Source: an uncultured bacterium
GTDB taxonomy: Bacteria > Planctomycetota > UBA1135 > GCA-002686595
Assembly: GCA_943787795.1 (NCBI GenBank)
Contig: CALSNU010000001.1
Coordinates: forward strand, 288,001-352,000
Direction of reading: 5' to 3'
DNA length: 64,000 nt
Each line of letters starts with the position of its first letter. The stretch's first letter is position 1. Shown here one piece after another: positions 1-10,338 of this stretch. The notes under the pieces are model-generated. The model had not been told where the DNA came from. It worked only from the letters and a program-made list of their open reading frames with translations, and did no database searches. Made by a program: the position numbers and the translations under genes.

Positions 1-528
1 GGGTTCGGCGGTGAACAGGTCGTTCGAGGCGGCCTCGATGACGATCTCGTCCTGGATCCGACTCGCCTCCTCCTCGGACAGCGTGGAGTCCAGTCGGACC
101 AGGATGTAGAGGTGGGTGCCGGTGTGGGTGGACAGGTCGAAGGTGCCCGGGCCGTAGGTCATGGCCTGGATCCGGTGGTCCTCGGTCACCCCCTGGACGG
201 ACACGTACTTGCCCTCCGGGATCTCCGGGATCGTGATCGTCGCGCCGCCGGAGACGTTCACGACCCCCATGGAGTAGTAGGTGTCCCGGTTCATGCGCAC
301 CACGGTCTGCTCGTCGGTGGGGACGAGCTTGCGTCGGTGGTCCAGCTGGTTCACGCCGGAGGTCTCTTGCGCGATCAGGATCTGGCGAGACGTCTCGTGC
401 GTGGGGTAGGTCGCCGCCGTGACGACCTCGCCGCCGTCGTCGACGAGGAAGGCGTCGACGGAGCTCTGCTGCGTCGCGCAGCTGAAGAGGAGGAGGGGCA
501 GTAGAGAGGCTTGGAGGAGCTGGCGCAT
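1..528 (-). CDS. DUF1254-family lipoprotein, runs off the window edge
   Basis: Manual translation from ATG 528: MRQLLQASLLPLLLFSC (lipobox) ... VVRMNRDTYYS ... GKYVSVQGVTEDH, resembling the DUF1254 motif. Missing from the ORF track because it has no stop in the window. Confidence 0.7.
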   Translation of the reverse strand, partial: MRQLLQASLLPLLLFSCATQQSSVDAFLVDDGGEVVTAATYPTHETSRQILIAQETSGVNQLDHRRKLVPTDEQTVVRMNRDTYYSMGVVNVSGGATITIPEIPEGKYVSVQGVTEDHRIQAMTYGPGTFDLSTHTGTHLYILVRLDSTLSEEEASRIQDEIVIEAASNDLFTAEP

Positions 529-684
529 GGCTTGGAGCGAGCGTCTGTCGATTCGAGGGTTGGGAGGGGGAGGAGAGCGAGGGATTCTTGCGGGCCGACC
601 CTCGCCGGGCTAGTGCGGCTCAGCTCAATACCTGCGGAGATGGGCCAGGAATACCCCCAACGCGGGCTCCACCCGGCGTCGCTC

Positions 685-760
685 CCCCTCGGCTGGCGAC
701 AGGCCCCTCGGTCGGCGACAGGCCCTTCGGTCGGCAACAGGCCCCTCGGCTGGCGACAGG
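685..760. repeat. Intergenic tandem repeat, 4 x 19 bp (consensus cccctcggYYggcgacagg)
   Basis: Units at 685, 704, 723 and 742 read directly, with 2-4 differences among the non-identical copies. Confidence 0.9.
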
Positions 761-821
761 TGCAGCCCGACGACGCCGCCCCGGGACAAGGTCAAGGATG
801 GGGACCGCTCCCTGGCTCAGC

Positions 822-1555
822 TCACCGGAAGGTGAGCTCCAGACGGCTCGTGAAGTTCGAGGTGACCTGGCCGGCCGCGGTGTCACGGAACCAGGCCTGG
901 AAGCTCCAGGTGTCGCCCGGTTGGATCTGCACGAGGCCCGTGGGCGTGGGCTGCTCGGCCAGGTCGAGGGCGAGGGAGAAGGTGCCATCGGTCCCGGAGT
1001 CTTGGAGCTGACCGGGGCCGACGAAGCGGCCGATCGAGCCGCCGAGGCAGAGCACGCCCTGGCTACCACCCGGATGCGGGGCGAATCCCTGGGTCCGGGA
1101 GATGAGGAAGGAGCCGACGCTGTTCTGCGGCAGATCCGCGGCCCGGAGCGTGACGCGGTTGACCGTCACGTCGAGGCTCCCCGTGGCCGTCGCCACGCCC
1201 GAGAGCCCGTGGAATTGGGGACTGCAGGGCCGCAAGAGGCCACTCCTCGTTGGCCCATCAGGTTCTCGTACCAGGCGATCTTGCCGTCGTGCCAGCTGGC
1301 GGAGAGCACGTCCGCGTCGCCGTCTCCATCAAGGTCAGCGTCGTGGATCGATCGGACGTAATGAACGGTCGTCGTGATCTCGAGCTGGGGCCCGAAGGAC
1401 TGCGCCGCAGCAGGCGAGGCGAGGGCGGCGGCGCCGACGTCTCCCGGCAACTTCCATGAACGTCCCTGCGGTCCCAGCCGCCGATCGAGGTGAGAGGGCG
1501 GTCGATGAGCGCGGGTCGGTCCTCGAGGGATCCACGGGGCGGTGCCGAAGGACAT
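822..1555 (-). pseudogene. Secreted protein with a single FG-GAP repeat plus the shared C-terminal domain; frameshifted near 1205, start uncertain
   Basis: ORF 1166..1555 gives AAAQSFGPQ...DLDGDGDADVLSAS..DGKIAWYENL...CGPAVPNSTG. ORF 822..1235 continues LSGVATATGS...LCLGGSIGR...GDTWSFQAWFRD...SNFT. Adding one G joins them. Confidence 0.7.
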
Positions 1556-1587
1556 GAGCCCCTCCGCGACCGTGGCCCAGAGCCTCT

Positions 1588-2511
1588 TCAGGGAGCCTTC
1601 GCCTCGGAGGGTGCTGGTCGCGGCCCGAGGGTGACGGTCACGGGGTAGTGGTCGGAGACCTCCTCGAGGACGCCGCCCTGGGGCATGGTCGCGGCGGTGG
1701 CGCGGGCCATGGCGGCGGGGGAGAGGAGGATGAAGTCGATGCGCTCGAGGAAGCCGGCCTGGGCCTCGGGGGTCTTCGAGTGGCCGAGCACGCGGCTGGG
1801 GAAGGTGCCGCCCGAGGTCGCCTCCTCGCCCAGCACCCGATACGCGGCGTCGGCGACCCCGGCCTCGGCGAAGCGGGCGAGCACGCCGTAGTCGAAGGTG
1901 CGCTGGTCGATCAGGTTCTTGCCGCCCGCGCGCCGCTCCCGCAGCGGGGTCTGCCCGTCCAGGTGGGCGCAGTCGAGGGGATGGTGGGCGTTGAAGTCGC
2001 CGAGCACCACGACCTCGCGGCCCGCTGCGGTGAGGCGCCGGATCAGGGGCGCGAGCACGGCCACCTCCCTGCGGCGGAAGGCCCAGTCGCCGGGGTGCAG
2101 GTGGACCACCACCACGTCGAGTCCGGCGGTGCGGGCGTGCAGGTAGCCGTGGTGCATGCCCTCGAGCCGTCGCTCGATGACCTCGATCGGGGTGCGTGAG
2201 GTGAGCGCTACGGGGTAGCCCGACTCCTTGGCCATCACCGCGTGCCCATGACCCCAGGCGCGCGCGGTCTCCAGGAGCCGCTCCTTGGTGAAGCCGTTGA
2301 CCTCCTGGAGGGCGACGACGTCCGGGGCCTGGGCCTCGAGCCAGCCCTGGGCCGCCTTCACCTGGGTCCGATCCAGGAAGCCGCGCAGGACGTTCCAGGT
2401 GATCACGTGGGTGCTCCCGGGTTTCCGCGCCGTGGCCTCGTCAGGCTGGAGCGCCGCGGCGAGGGTGAGGGGGAGCAGGGCGAGCAGGGCGAGCGGCTGG
2501 GGTCGAAGCAT
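1588..2511 (-). CDS. Secreted endonuclease/exonuclease/phosphatase (EEP) family protein
   Basis: Signal peptide; motifs TWNV, DVVALQE, HL, GDFN, RIDFI, SDHYPV. Confidence 0.9.
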   Translation of the reverse strand: MLRPQPLALLALLPLTLAAALQPDEATARKPGSTHVITWNVLRGFLDRTQVKAAQGWLEAQAPDVVALQEVNGFTKERLLETARAWGHGHAVMAKESGYPVALTSRTPIEVIERRLEGMHHGYLHARTAGLDVVVVHLHPGDWAFRRREVAVLAPLIRRLTAAGREVVVLGDFNAHHPLDCAHLDGQTPLRERRAGGKNLIDQRTFDYGVLARFAEAGVADAAYRVLGEEATSGGTFPSRVLGHSKTPEAQAGFLERIDFILLSPAAMARATAATMPQGGVLEEVSDHYPVTVTLGPRPAPSEAKAP

Positions 2512-2623
2512 GCCCCAAGGCTAGGGCGCAGGTGGAGGCCCGGGCGCGCCTCTTCCCCAAGATGGGTCCGGGGGCCCGGGCGAGGAAGGGGCCGCTAGGA
2601 TGCGGGCCCCCTGGGGGATCGCC

Positions 2624-3049
2624 ATGAAGGAGACCGAGCTCGATGAAGACCTGGTGGGGGCCTACCGGGCGACCCTCTACGAGGTCTTCGGTGTCGAGGG
2701 CCTCACGCTCCGGATCGGCGCGGCCAGCGGGGAGCTCTCGAGGCTGATGGCCGAGCACGGGGCACGCTGCGCGGCGTTCGTGACGGCCTGCAACCCTCGG
2801 AGCCAGGCGCTCAGCGAGGAGGTCAACCGGGAGCGAGGCGCCACCCTCCTCGCGGACCTCGTCGCCGAGGGGCGCGTCTGCCTGGCGGGGCAGGGGCGCC
2901 ACCCGGACGGGGGCTGGCCGCCCGAACCGAGCCTCCTAGTGCTCGGCCTGGATCGCGTGGCCGCCAGCAAGCTCGGGCGCTGCTGGGACCAGAACGCCGT
3001 CGTCTGGGTGGGAGAGGACGCCACCCCCGAGCTGGTCCTGCTGCGCTGA
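2624..3049 (+). CDS. DUF3293 family protein
   Basis: AYRATLY, FVTACNPRS, W.PEPS, QNAVVW motifs. Confidence 0.8.
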   Translation: MKETELDEDLVGAYRATLYEVFGVEGLTLRIGAASGELSRLMAEHGARCAAFVTACNPRSQALSEEVNRERGATLLADLVAEGRVCLAGQGRHPDGGWPPEPSLLVLGLDRVAASKLGRCWDQNAVVWVGEDATPELVLLR

Positions 3050-3219
3050 CGAGTGGAAGGGGTGGGCCGGATCGGAGGAGTCCTCTCCGGGGGACCGGCC
3101 ATCCCGAACGTTCCGGGGCTTCCGCGCCTCGCCTTCGCCGGGCCGGGCGAACTCCGCAGGGTCAGCGGAGGCGATCCGCTACCATCCCCGAGGCAGCGCG
3201 CCTCGCCGCACCGCTCTCC

Positions 3220-3648
3220 ATGGCTTCCGAGTACAAGACGACCCGCCGCGTGGACTTCGCGGACACGGACATGGCGGGGATCGTGCACTTCGCCAACTTC
3301 TTCCGCTGGATGGAGTCGGTGGAGCACGAGTTCTTCCGCTCCTTCGGGGTGCGGGTGCACGAGGAGAAGGCCTTCGGCTTCGTCCGGGCGCACGCCTCGT
3401 GCGACTACCAGCGGCCGGCCCGCTACGACGACGAACTGCACGTGCGCCTCGTGGTGGAGAAGAAGACCACCAAGGCGCTGCACTACCGCTTCGAGTTCAG
3501 CGCGGCCCAGGAGCCCGGCGGCGCGCCGGAGCCCCTGGCGTCCGGTCGCCTCGAGGTGATCTGCGTGACCCGTGACACACCGGGCGGTCCGATCCGCTCG
3601 AACCCCATTCCCCCGTCCATTGCCGACCAGCTCGAGGTCGCGCCGTGA
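3220..3648 (+). CDS. Acyl-CoA thioesterase (4HBT/YbgC hot-dog family)
   Basis: DTDMAGIVHFANFFRWME and YQRPARYDD. Confidence 0.9.
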   Translation: MASEYKTTRRVDFADTDMAGIVHFANFFRWMESVEHEFFRSFGVRVHEEKAFGFVRAHASCDYQRPARYDDELHVRLVVEKKTTKALHYRFEFSAAQEPGGAPEPLASGRLEVICVTRDTPGGPIRSNPIPPSIADQLEVAP

Positions 3649-4244
3649 TTCACTCCGCTCTCTGTACCGCACTCCCTCTCATGCCCACCTCCAACGGCGC
3701 TGCCGGCGGCAGCAACCTGTGGCTCCTCTTCGCCCTCATGACCGTCGCCAGCTGGGGGCTCTACGGGATCTTCCTGCACATGGGCCAGATGGGGATGAAG
3801 GACCCGGTGAACGGCCGCTACAAGGCGTTCCTCATGGTCGGGGTCGCCTACGTCCTCGTGGCGGTGCTCGCGCCCGCGGCGATGATGATCATCAACGGCT
3901 CGGACTGGAAGATGCCCTTCGACGGCTGGACCCGCTCCCTGATCGCCGGCAGCGTCGGCGCCATCGGCGCCTTCTGCGTGCTGCTGGCCTTCGGGGCCAA
4001 GGGGCAGCCCGCGGTCGTCATGTCGATCATCTTCGCCGGCGCCCCGGTCGTGAACGCGGTGGTCGGCCTCTCCCTGCACCCGCCCAAGGGCGGCTTCAGC
4101 GGGATCTCCTGGCAGTTCTACGCGGGCATCCTGCTGGCGGCCTGCGGCGGCATGTTGGTCATGCTCTACAAGCCGGCGCCCGCGGCTGCGGCCCCGCCGG
4201 CCGCCGTCGAGCCCGCACCCTCCCAGGGCGCCGGGGGAGACTGA
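3645..4244 (+). CDS. Multi-pass membrane protein (EamA/DMT-like)
   Basis: About five hydrophobic helices; GTGA overlap with the upstream stop; alternative ATG at 3681. Confidence 0.7.
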   Translation: MIHSALCTALPLMPTSNGAAGGSNLWLLFALMTVASWGLYGIFLHMGQMGMKDPVNGRYKAFLMVGVAYVLVAVLAPAAMMIINGSDWKMPFDGWTRSLIAGSVGAIGAFCVLLAFGAKGQPAVVMSIIFAGAPVVNAVVGLSLHPPKGGFSGISWQFYAGILLAACGGMLVMLYKPAPAAAAPPAAVEPAPSQGAGGD

Positions 4245-4247
4245 CCC

Positions 4248-4949
4248 GTGGGCGCTGACCCGCTGCTGCGACTGGAGGGCGTCACCAAGGCGTTCGGGGC
4301 CGGCTCCGGACAGACCGAGGTGCTGCGTGGCGTCGACCTCACCCTCGGCGCGGGCGCCAGCGTCGCGGTGGTCGGGCCCTCGGGCTGCGGCAAGAGCACC
4401 CTGCTCAACATCGCCGGCGCCCTCGAGCCGCCCACCTCAGGCCGCGTCCTCTTCGACGGCGAAGACCTGACGGCCCAGGGCCCCGACGCCCTCGCCGCGT
4501 TCCGGGCCGCCTCCCTGGGGTTTGTGTTCCAGCACCATCACCTGCTGCCCCAGCTCACGGCGGTCGAGAACGCCCTGCTCCCGGCGCTGGCGGAGCCCGG
4601 CGGCTCGACGCCGAGCGACCTCCGGGACCGAGCCGAGTCCCTCCTCGAACGGGTCGGGCTCGCGGATCGGATGGGCCATCGGCCTGGCGCCCTCTCCGGG
4701 GGAGAGCGCCAGCGCGTCGCCGTCGTGCGCGCCCTGGTCCTCGGCCCGCGACTGGTGCTCGCCGACGAGCCCACGGGCTCGTTGGACGAGGCGCACGCCG
4801 AGGGCCTCGGGGAGCTCCTCCTTGAACAGGTGACCGAGGAGGGCGCGGCCCTGCTGCTGGTGACTCACTCCGCCGCCCTCGCCGCCCGCGCGGCAGGGAC
4901 GGTGACGCTCCGCGAGGGGCGCGTGGTGGAGACCGCGCCGGCCCGCTGA
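4248..4949 (+). CDS. ABC transporter ATP-binding protein (LolD/MacB-like)
   Basis: Walker A GPSGCGKST, LSGGERQR, LADEPTG, VTH. Confidence 0.95.
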   Translation: MGADPLLRLEGVTKAFGAGSGQTEVLRGVDLTLGAGASVAVVGPSGCGKSTLLNIAGALEPPTSGRVLFDGEDLTAQGPDALAAFRAASLGFVFQHHHLLPQLTAVENALLPALAEPGGSTPSDLRDRAESLLERVGLADRMGHRPGALSGGERQRVAVVRALVLGPRLVLADEPTGSLDEAHAEGLGELLLEQVTEEGAALLLVTHSAALAARAAGTVTLREGRVVETAPAR

Positions 4950-4954
4950 GCGCG

Positions 4955-7900
4955 ATGGGTCCGCTGCGCCTCCTCCTCGCCGGGCTCCGGCACCAGGCTC
5001 GTGTCCACCTCGGCGTGATGCTGGGGGCCGCGGTGGCCAGCGGCGTGCTGGTGGGCGCCCTGGCGGTGGGTGACTCGGTCCGCTTCACCCTGGGCCAGCG
5101 CGCCGCGGCGCGGGTGGGCGCGGTGGACGCGGCCATCGCGGGCGGCGACCGCTTCTTCCGCAGCGCCCTCGCGGATGAGCTCGCCGGGGGCGAGGCGGTG
5201 CGCGCGGCGGCGCCGATCGTGCAGTTGCCCGCGGTGGCGAGCACCCCCCGCGGAGACCGGCGCGTGCTGGACGCGCGGGTGCTCGGGGTGGACGCGCGCT
5301 TCCTGGCCCTCGCTCCCGGCGCGTCCGCCGCGCCCTCGGGGCCTGGACCCCGGGAGGCCTTCCTCGGCGCACCGCTCGCCGAGCGGCTCGGGGTGGCGGC
5401 CGGAGACACGGTGGTGCTGCGGGTGGAGCAGCCCAGCGCCGTCCCCCGGGACCTCGCCCTCTCGCCCGATGACAACACGGCGGCCCTGCGGGTCACCGTG
5501 AAGGAGATCCTCGACGACGCCCGCTTCGGCGCGTTTGCCCTCGACGCCTCACCGACGCCGCCGGCCAACGCGCTGGTGGACCTCGGCTGGCTTCAGGAGC
5601 AGCTGGAGCTCGAAAGCACCGCGAACCTCATGCTCTTGAGCCTCGAGGCGGATCGCCCCGACGGCATGGAGCGCGCCATGGAGCTCGCGACGGCGCGCCT
5701 CGCCGAGAGCTGGCAGCTGGCGGACGCTGCCCTCCAGGTGACCACCCTCGACTCAGGAGAGCGCGAGCTCTCGTCCACGCGTATCTTCCTCGATGAGCCG
5801 GTGGTGGAGCTCTTGGACGGGCTCGACGCGGCGCCGCTCACGGGCGTGTTCACCTACTTCGTGGACTGGCTCCGCGTAGGGGGCGCGCCGGAGGGGGCGG
5901 GCCTGCCGTACTCCATGGTCAGCGCGCTCGGCCCCATCGGAAGCGGCGGGGCGCCGCAGGGCGCGCTGCTCTCCCTGAGCCGCGGCATTCCCCGGGGCGG
6001 GCTGCGGCTCGGCTCCTGGGCGCTCGCGGACCTCGCGGCCAGCGGCGTCGAGCTCAGGGGGGGGAGCGAGGTCGAGCTCGAGTACCACGTGGTGGACGCC
6101 TCGCGGCGCCTGGTGACCCGCAAGCACACCTTCGCCTTCGCCGGCGCGGCGCCCGAGGTCCCCGACGCCCTCGGTGAGCTCGGCCCCCTCGAGGGGACCG
6201 TGGCGGGGGAGGAGCTGATGCCGGACTTCCCCGGCCTCGCCGACGCGGACAGCTGCCGCGAGTGGGAGCCGGGCACCCCGGTGGACCTCGACGCCATCCG
6301 GCCCCAGGACGAGCAGTACTGGGACGACTTTCGGGGGACGCCCAAGGCGTTCATGAACCTGGACGACGCACGCGAGCTGTGGGCCAGCCGCTTCGGCGCG
6401 CTCACCAGCGTGCGCTTCGACGCCGCGGACGAGGACGCGGTGCTGGCGGGCCTCCGCGCCGGGCTGGACCCCGCCCAGGTGGGCCTGTTCCTCGTGGACG
6501 TCGGCGGCGCGGCGCGCCGTTCGAGCGAGTCGCCCACCGACTTTGGCGGGCTGTTCATCGGGCTGTCCTTCTTCCTGATTGCGGCCGCCCTGCTGCTCAC
6601 CGCGCAGCTCTTCTACTTCGGCGTCGAGGCCCGGGAGCGGGAGCTGGGTCTCCTCGCGTCCCTCGGCTTCGCGCCGCGCCGGATCGTGCGGCTGCTGCTC
6701 GGGGAGGTGGCGCTGGTCGGCGGCGCCGGAGCGTTGCTGGGGATCCCCCTGGGGCTCGCGTACACCCGCGGCGTCCTGCGCGGCCTCGACGGGCTGTGGT
6801 CCGACGCGGTGGCGAGCCAGACCATCGACTTCCATGTGACCGGGGCCTCGGCCTTCGGCGGCGCGGCGGGTGCGCTCCTCGCGGTCCTCGCCGCGGCGTG
6901 GATCGGGCTGCGCCGGGCGGCGCGCCGCTCGCCCGCCCAGCTCCTCGCGAGCCGGCCCGGGGCCGAGCTCGCCTCCGCCGCACCGCGTCCCGGCCGGACC
7001 TACCTGGCGTCCGGCGGGCTGGCCGTCGCGGCCCTGGGGGCGGCGGTCACCGTGGACCCTTCCGCCGGGCCCGCGGCCTCGGGCGCCTTCTTCGGCGCCG
7101 GCGGCGCGCTGCTCGCGGCGGGGCTGCTCCTCGCCCGGCTCTGGTTGCGGGGGGAGAGAGGGCTCCGCGGGAAGCGCGGCGGCGCCGGCGACCCCCTCGG
7201 GAGCGTGTCGTCCCTGGGGGTCACCAACGCGACCCGCCGCGCGGGCCGCAGCCTCGGCACCGTGGCCCTGATGGCGATCGGCGCCTTCCTCGTGCTCAGC
7301 GTCGGGGTCAACCGCCTCGGGCCCCCCTCCGATACGACCCGCCGGGACTCGGGGACCGGGGGCTTCGCCTTCTACGGGCGCACGAGCCTGCCGCTGCTCC
7401 ACGACCTCGCCACGGTGGAGGGCCGCGACTTCTTCGGACTCACCGAGGAGGAGCTCGAGGGCGTTGAGCTGGTGCGCATGCGCGCGCGCGACGGCGACGA
7501 CGCGAGCTGTCTGAACCTCTCGCGCCCCGCGGCGCCGCCGCTGCTGGGCGTGGACCCTGGCGCGCTCGCCTCGCGCGGCGCCTTCGCCTTCGCGAAGGCC
7601 GAGGTGCACGACGACGGGTCGCCGTGGGACCTCCTGACGGGGACCTTCGAGGACGGCTCGATCCCCGCCATCGGCGACCAGGCGAGCCTGATGTGGCAGC
7701 TCAAGGTCGGGCTCGGGGACACCCTCGACTACGTGGACGAGCGCGGCCGAGCCTTCAGGGTGCGGATCGTGGGGGCGCTGGCGGACTCTGTCCTCCAGGG
7801 CGAGCTCGTCATCTCGACCGCAAACTTCGAGGCCCGCTACCCGAGCCAGGGCGGCTACCGCCGCTTCCTGGTGGACGCGCCTTCGGATCGCGCGGCGGAG

Positions 7901-8374
7901 CTCCGCGCCCTGCTCACGTCGGCCCTCGGGGACGTGGGGCTCGAGCTGCAGCCCACCGGCGAGCGGCTGCAGGCCTTCCACGCGGTGCAGAACACCTACC
8001 TTTCCATCTTCCAGCTCCTGGGCGCGCTCGGCCTGCTGCTCGGGAGCGTCGGGCTCGGGCTCGTGGTGCTGCGTAACACCCAGGAGCGCCGCGGCGAGCT
8101 GGCGCTCCTGCAGGCCCTGGGCTTCCGTCGGGCGCGGCTGCGCCGGCTCGCCCTGGCGGAGTACGGCCGGCTGCTCCTCGTGGGCCTCGGCGTCGGAGTG
8201 GTGGCGTCGCTGCTGGCGGTGGTGCCGCTGCTTGGCGACCCCACCGCCGACGCCCCCCTGGTCCGTCTCGTGTCCCTGGCGGGCGTCATCCTGGCCAGCG
8301 GACTCCTCTGGATCGTGCTCGCCATCCGCGTCGCAGCAGACCGCGACCCCGCGGCGGGCCTCCGGGCGGACTGA
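4955..8374 (+). CDS. Large FtsX/MacB-type ABC permease (two FtsX repeats)
   Basis: 1139 aa; two FtsX-like motifs (RERELGLLASLGF, ERRGELALLQALGF) and large periplasmic regions; follows the ATPase. Confidence 0.9.
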   Translation: MGPLRLLLAGLRHQARVHLGVMLGAAVASGVLVGALAVGDSVRFTLGQRAAARVGAVDAAIAGGDRFFRSALADELAGGEAVRAAAPIVQLPAVASTPRGDRRVLDARVLGVDARFLALAPGASAAPSGPGPREAFLGAPLAERLGVAAGDTVVLRVEQPSAVPRDLALSPDDNTAALRVTVKEILDDARFGAFALDASPTPPANALVDLGWLQEQLELESTANLMLLSLEADRPDGMERAMELATARLAESWQLADAALQVTTLDSGERELSSTRIFLDEPVVELLDGLDAAPLTGVFTYFVDWLRVGGAPEGAGLPYSMVSALGPIGSGGAPQGALLSLSRGIPRGGLRLGSWALADLAASGVELRGGSEVELEYHVVDASRRLVTRKHTFAFAGAAPEVPDALGELGPLEGTVAGEELMPDFPGLADADSCREWEPGTPVDLDAIRPQDEQYWDDFRGTPKAFMNLDDARELWASRFGALTSVRFDAADEDAVLAGLRAGLDPAQVGLFLVDVGGAARRSSESPTDFGGLFIGLSFFLIAAALLLTAQLFYFGVEARERELGLLASLGFAPRRIVRLLLGEVALVGGAGALLGIPLGLAYTRGVLRGLDGLWSDAVASQTIDFHVTGASAFGGAAGALLAVLAAAWIGLRRAARRSPAQLLASRPGAELASAAPRPGRTYLASGGLAVAALGAAVTVDPSAGPAASGAFFGAGGALLAAGLLLARLWLRGERGLRGKRGGAGDPLGSVSSLGVTNATRRAGRSLGTVALMAIGAFLVLSVGVNRLGPPSDTTRRDSGTGGFAFYGRTSLPLLHDLATVEGRDFFGLTEEELEGVELVRMRARDGDDASCLNLSRPAAPPLLGVDPGALASRGAFAFAKAEVHDDGSPWDLLTGTFEDGSIPAIGDQASLMWQLKVGLGDTLDYVDERGRAFRVRIVGALADSVLQGELVISTANFEARYPSQGGYRRFLVDAPSDRAAELRALLTSALGDVGLELQPTGERLQAFHAVQNTYLSIFQLLGALGLLLGSVGLGLVVLRNTQERRGELALLQALGFRRARLRRLALAEYGRLLLVGLGVGVVASLLAVVPLLGDPTADAPLVRLVSLAGVILASGLLWIVLAIRVAADRDPAAGLRAD

Positions 8375-8469
8375 GGCGCTAGACTGCGGCGGCGCGCGCC
8401 GTACTCGACGGCGCGTTCAGCGCCCCTCTCCGCGGGGCGCGCTGCGCCGCGACTCCGGACCCGCCGACC

Positions 8470-10293
8470 ATGCTTCACGCGCTCCTCCTCAGCCTCGCGC
8501 TGCTCCAATCGCCCCCCGCGCCCCAGGGCGTGGCGGTTCCCCAGACGCCGGCGGTCCCGCAGAACTCGGCGCCCGCCGCCCCGCAGAGCTCGACGGCCGC
8601 GCAGGCCAAGCGCGAGGCGGCCTTCGCCGGGCTGCTGACGGGCTCCCGGCTCGAGGGGTACACGACCCTGACCGACGGCGAGGGCAACCTCGTGAGCGAG
8701 GAGCTGGAGGCCGACAGCTACAGCCTGACCCGGGTGGCCAAGCAAGACGACGGCAAGTGGAAGTTCACCGCCCTCATCAACTACGGCGGCCGCCCGATCC
8801 CGGTGTCGGTGTCCCTGCCCGTGGAGTGGGCGGGGAGCGCCCCGGTCATCAACGTCGAGGACATGTCGGTCCCGTTCATGGGGACCTACTCGGCGCGGGT
8901 GCTCTTCGACGGGGACCGCTACGTCGGCGTGTGGCGCGGCGACGGGTACGGGGGGCACATCCTCGGCAAGGTCGTGCGCGCCGAGCCCGCCCCCGTGGTG
9001 GCCGTGGCCGAGCCCACGACCTCGATCCACTGGCCGCAGTTTCGAGGCGCTAAGGCCGGCGGCGTCTCGGAGGGCTACGACCTGCCGGAGAGCTTCGACC
9101 TGGAGACGGGTGAGAACGTACGCTTCCGCGTGGAGGTCCCCGGCCTCGCGCACTCCTCGCCGGTGATCCACGGGGACAAGCTGTTCCTGACCACCGCGAT
9201 CCGGGAGGACGGCGAGCAGGGCCTCAAGGTCGGGCTGTACGGCGACATCCAGCCCGTTGAGGACACCAGCGAGTTCCGCTTCGAGGTGCTTTGCTACGCG
9301 AAGTCCACCGGCGAGCTGCTCTGGCGCCGCGAGGCGTGGAAGGGTGTGCCGGCGGTGAAGCGTCACCTCAAGGGGAGCCACGCCCAGCCCACGCCCGCCT
9401 GCGACAGCGAGCGGGTGGTGGCGTTCTTCGGATCCGAGGGGCTCTTCGCCTTCGACCACGACGGCAACAAACTCTGGGAGCGCGACCTCGGCGTCCTCGA
9501 CGCGGGCTTCTTCCGCGACCGCGGCGCCCAGTGGGGCTTCGGCAGCTCGCCGGTGCTCCACGGCGGCAAGGTTGTGGTGCAGTGCGACGTGCAGGACCAG
9601 AGCTTCGTCGCCCTGCTCGACGCCGCCACCGGTGAGGACGTCTGGCGGGTGGACCGCGAGGAGGAGTCCGGCTGGTCCACGCCCACCGTGCACGTGAGCG
9701 CCGAGCGGAGCCAGGTCATCTGCAACGGCTGGAAGGCCATCGCCGGCTACGACCTCCGGACGGGCGAGGTGCTCTGGACCGCGGAGCCCGGCGGGGACAT
9801 CCCCGTGCCGACGCCGGTGGTGTCGAACGGGGTCGCCTTCATCACCAACGCCCACGGCCGCTTTTCGCCGATCTACGCCATCGACCTGGAGGCCACCGGC
9901 CACGTCTCCCTCGAGGAAGGGGAAGACGAGTTCATGCTGTGGGGGATCAAGAAGCGCGGCAACTACATGCAGACGCCCATCGTCTACGGCGACGCGGCGT
10001 TCTTCTGCCGGGACAACGGGATGCTGAGCTGCTACGACGCCATGGGCGGCGAGCGGCTCTTCGCCGAGCGCCTGGACGAGGGCCGCTCCGGCTACACCGC
10101 GTCGCCGGTAGGCGGCGACGGCAAGCTCTACATCACCAGCGAGGAGGGCTCGGTCATCACCGTCCGGGCGGGCCGCACCCTGGAGATCCTCGCCCGCAGC
10201 GACCTCGGCGAGGAGTTCATGTCCACGCCGGCCATCTCCGAGGGCACGATCTACTTCCGCTCTCGCGGCCACCTCACCGCCGTCGGCCTCTGA
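8470..10293 (+). CDS. PQQ-like/BamB-like beta-propeller with an extra N-terminal domain
   Basis: Signal peptide; WPQFRG, SSPVI, GSSPVL, STPAI repeats from about residue 190; the ~130 aa before that is a separate beta-rich domain. Confidence 0.85.
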   Translation: MLHALLLSLALLQSPPAPQGVAVPQTPAVPQNSAPAAPQSSTAAQAKREAAFAGLLTGSRLEGYTTLTDGEGNLVSEELEADSYSLTRVAKQDDGKWKFTALINYGGRPIPVSVSLPVEWAGSAPVINVEDMSVPFMGTYSARVLFDGDRYVGVWRGDGYGGHILGKVVRAEPAPVVAVAEPTTSIHWPQFRGAKAGGVSEGYDLPESFDLETGENVRFRVEVPGLAHSSPVIHGDKLFLTTAIREDGEQGLKVGLYGDIQPVEDTSEFRFEVLCYAKSTGELLWRREAWKGVPAVKRHLKGSHAQPTPACDSERVVAFFGSEGLFAFDHDGNKLWERDLGVLDAGFFRDRGAQWGFGSSPVLHGGKVVVQCDVQDQSFVALLDAATGEDVWRVDREEESGWSTPTVHVSAERSQVICNGWKAIAGYDLRTGEVLWTAEPGGDIPVPTPVVSNGVAFITNAHGRFSPIYAIDLEATGHVSLEEGEDEFMLWGIKKRGNYMQTPIVYGDAAFFCRDNGMLSCYDAMGGERLFAERLDEGRSGYTASPVGGDGKLYITSEEGSVITVRAGRTLEILARSDLGEEFMSTPAISEGTIYFRSRGHLTAVGL

Positions 10294-10338
10294 GCCTCGG
10301 CGCACCCCAGCGAAGACTTCAAGCGAAGGCCCCAAGCG

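Noticed and set aside
685..760. Short repeat arrays here and at 38415, 48147, 49621 and 60732 as possible CRISPR arrays
   Set aside because: Units are directly adjacent with no unique spacers, only 15-19 bp long, and no cas genes are present.
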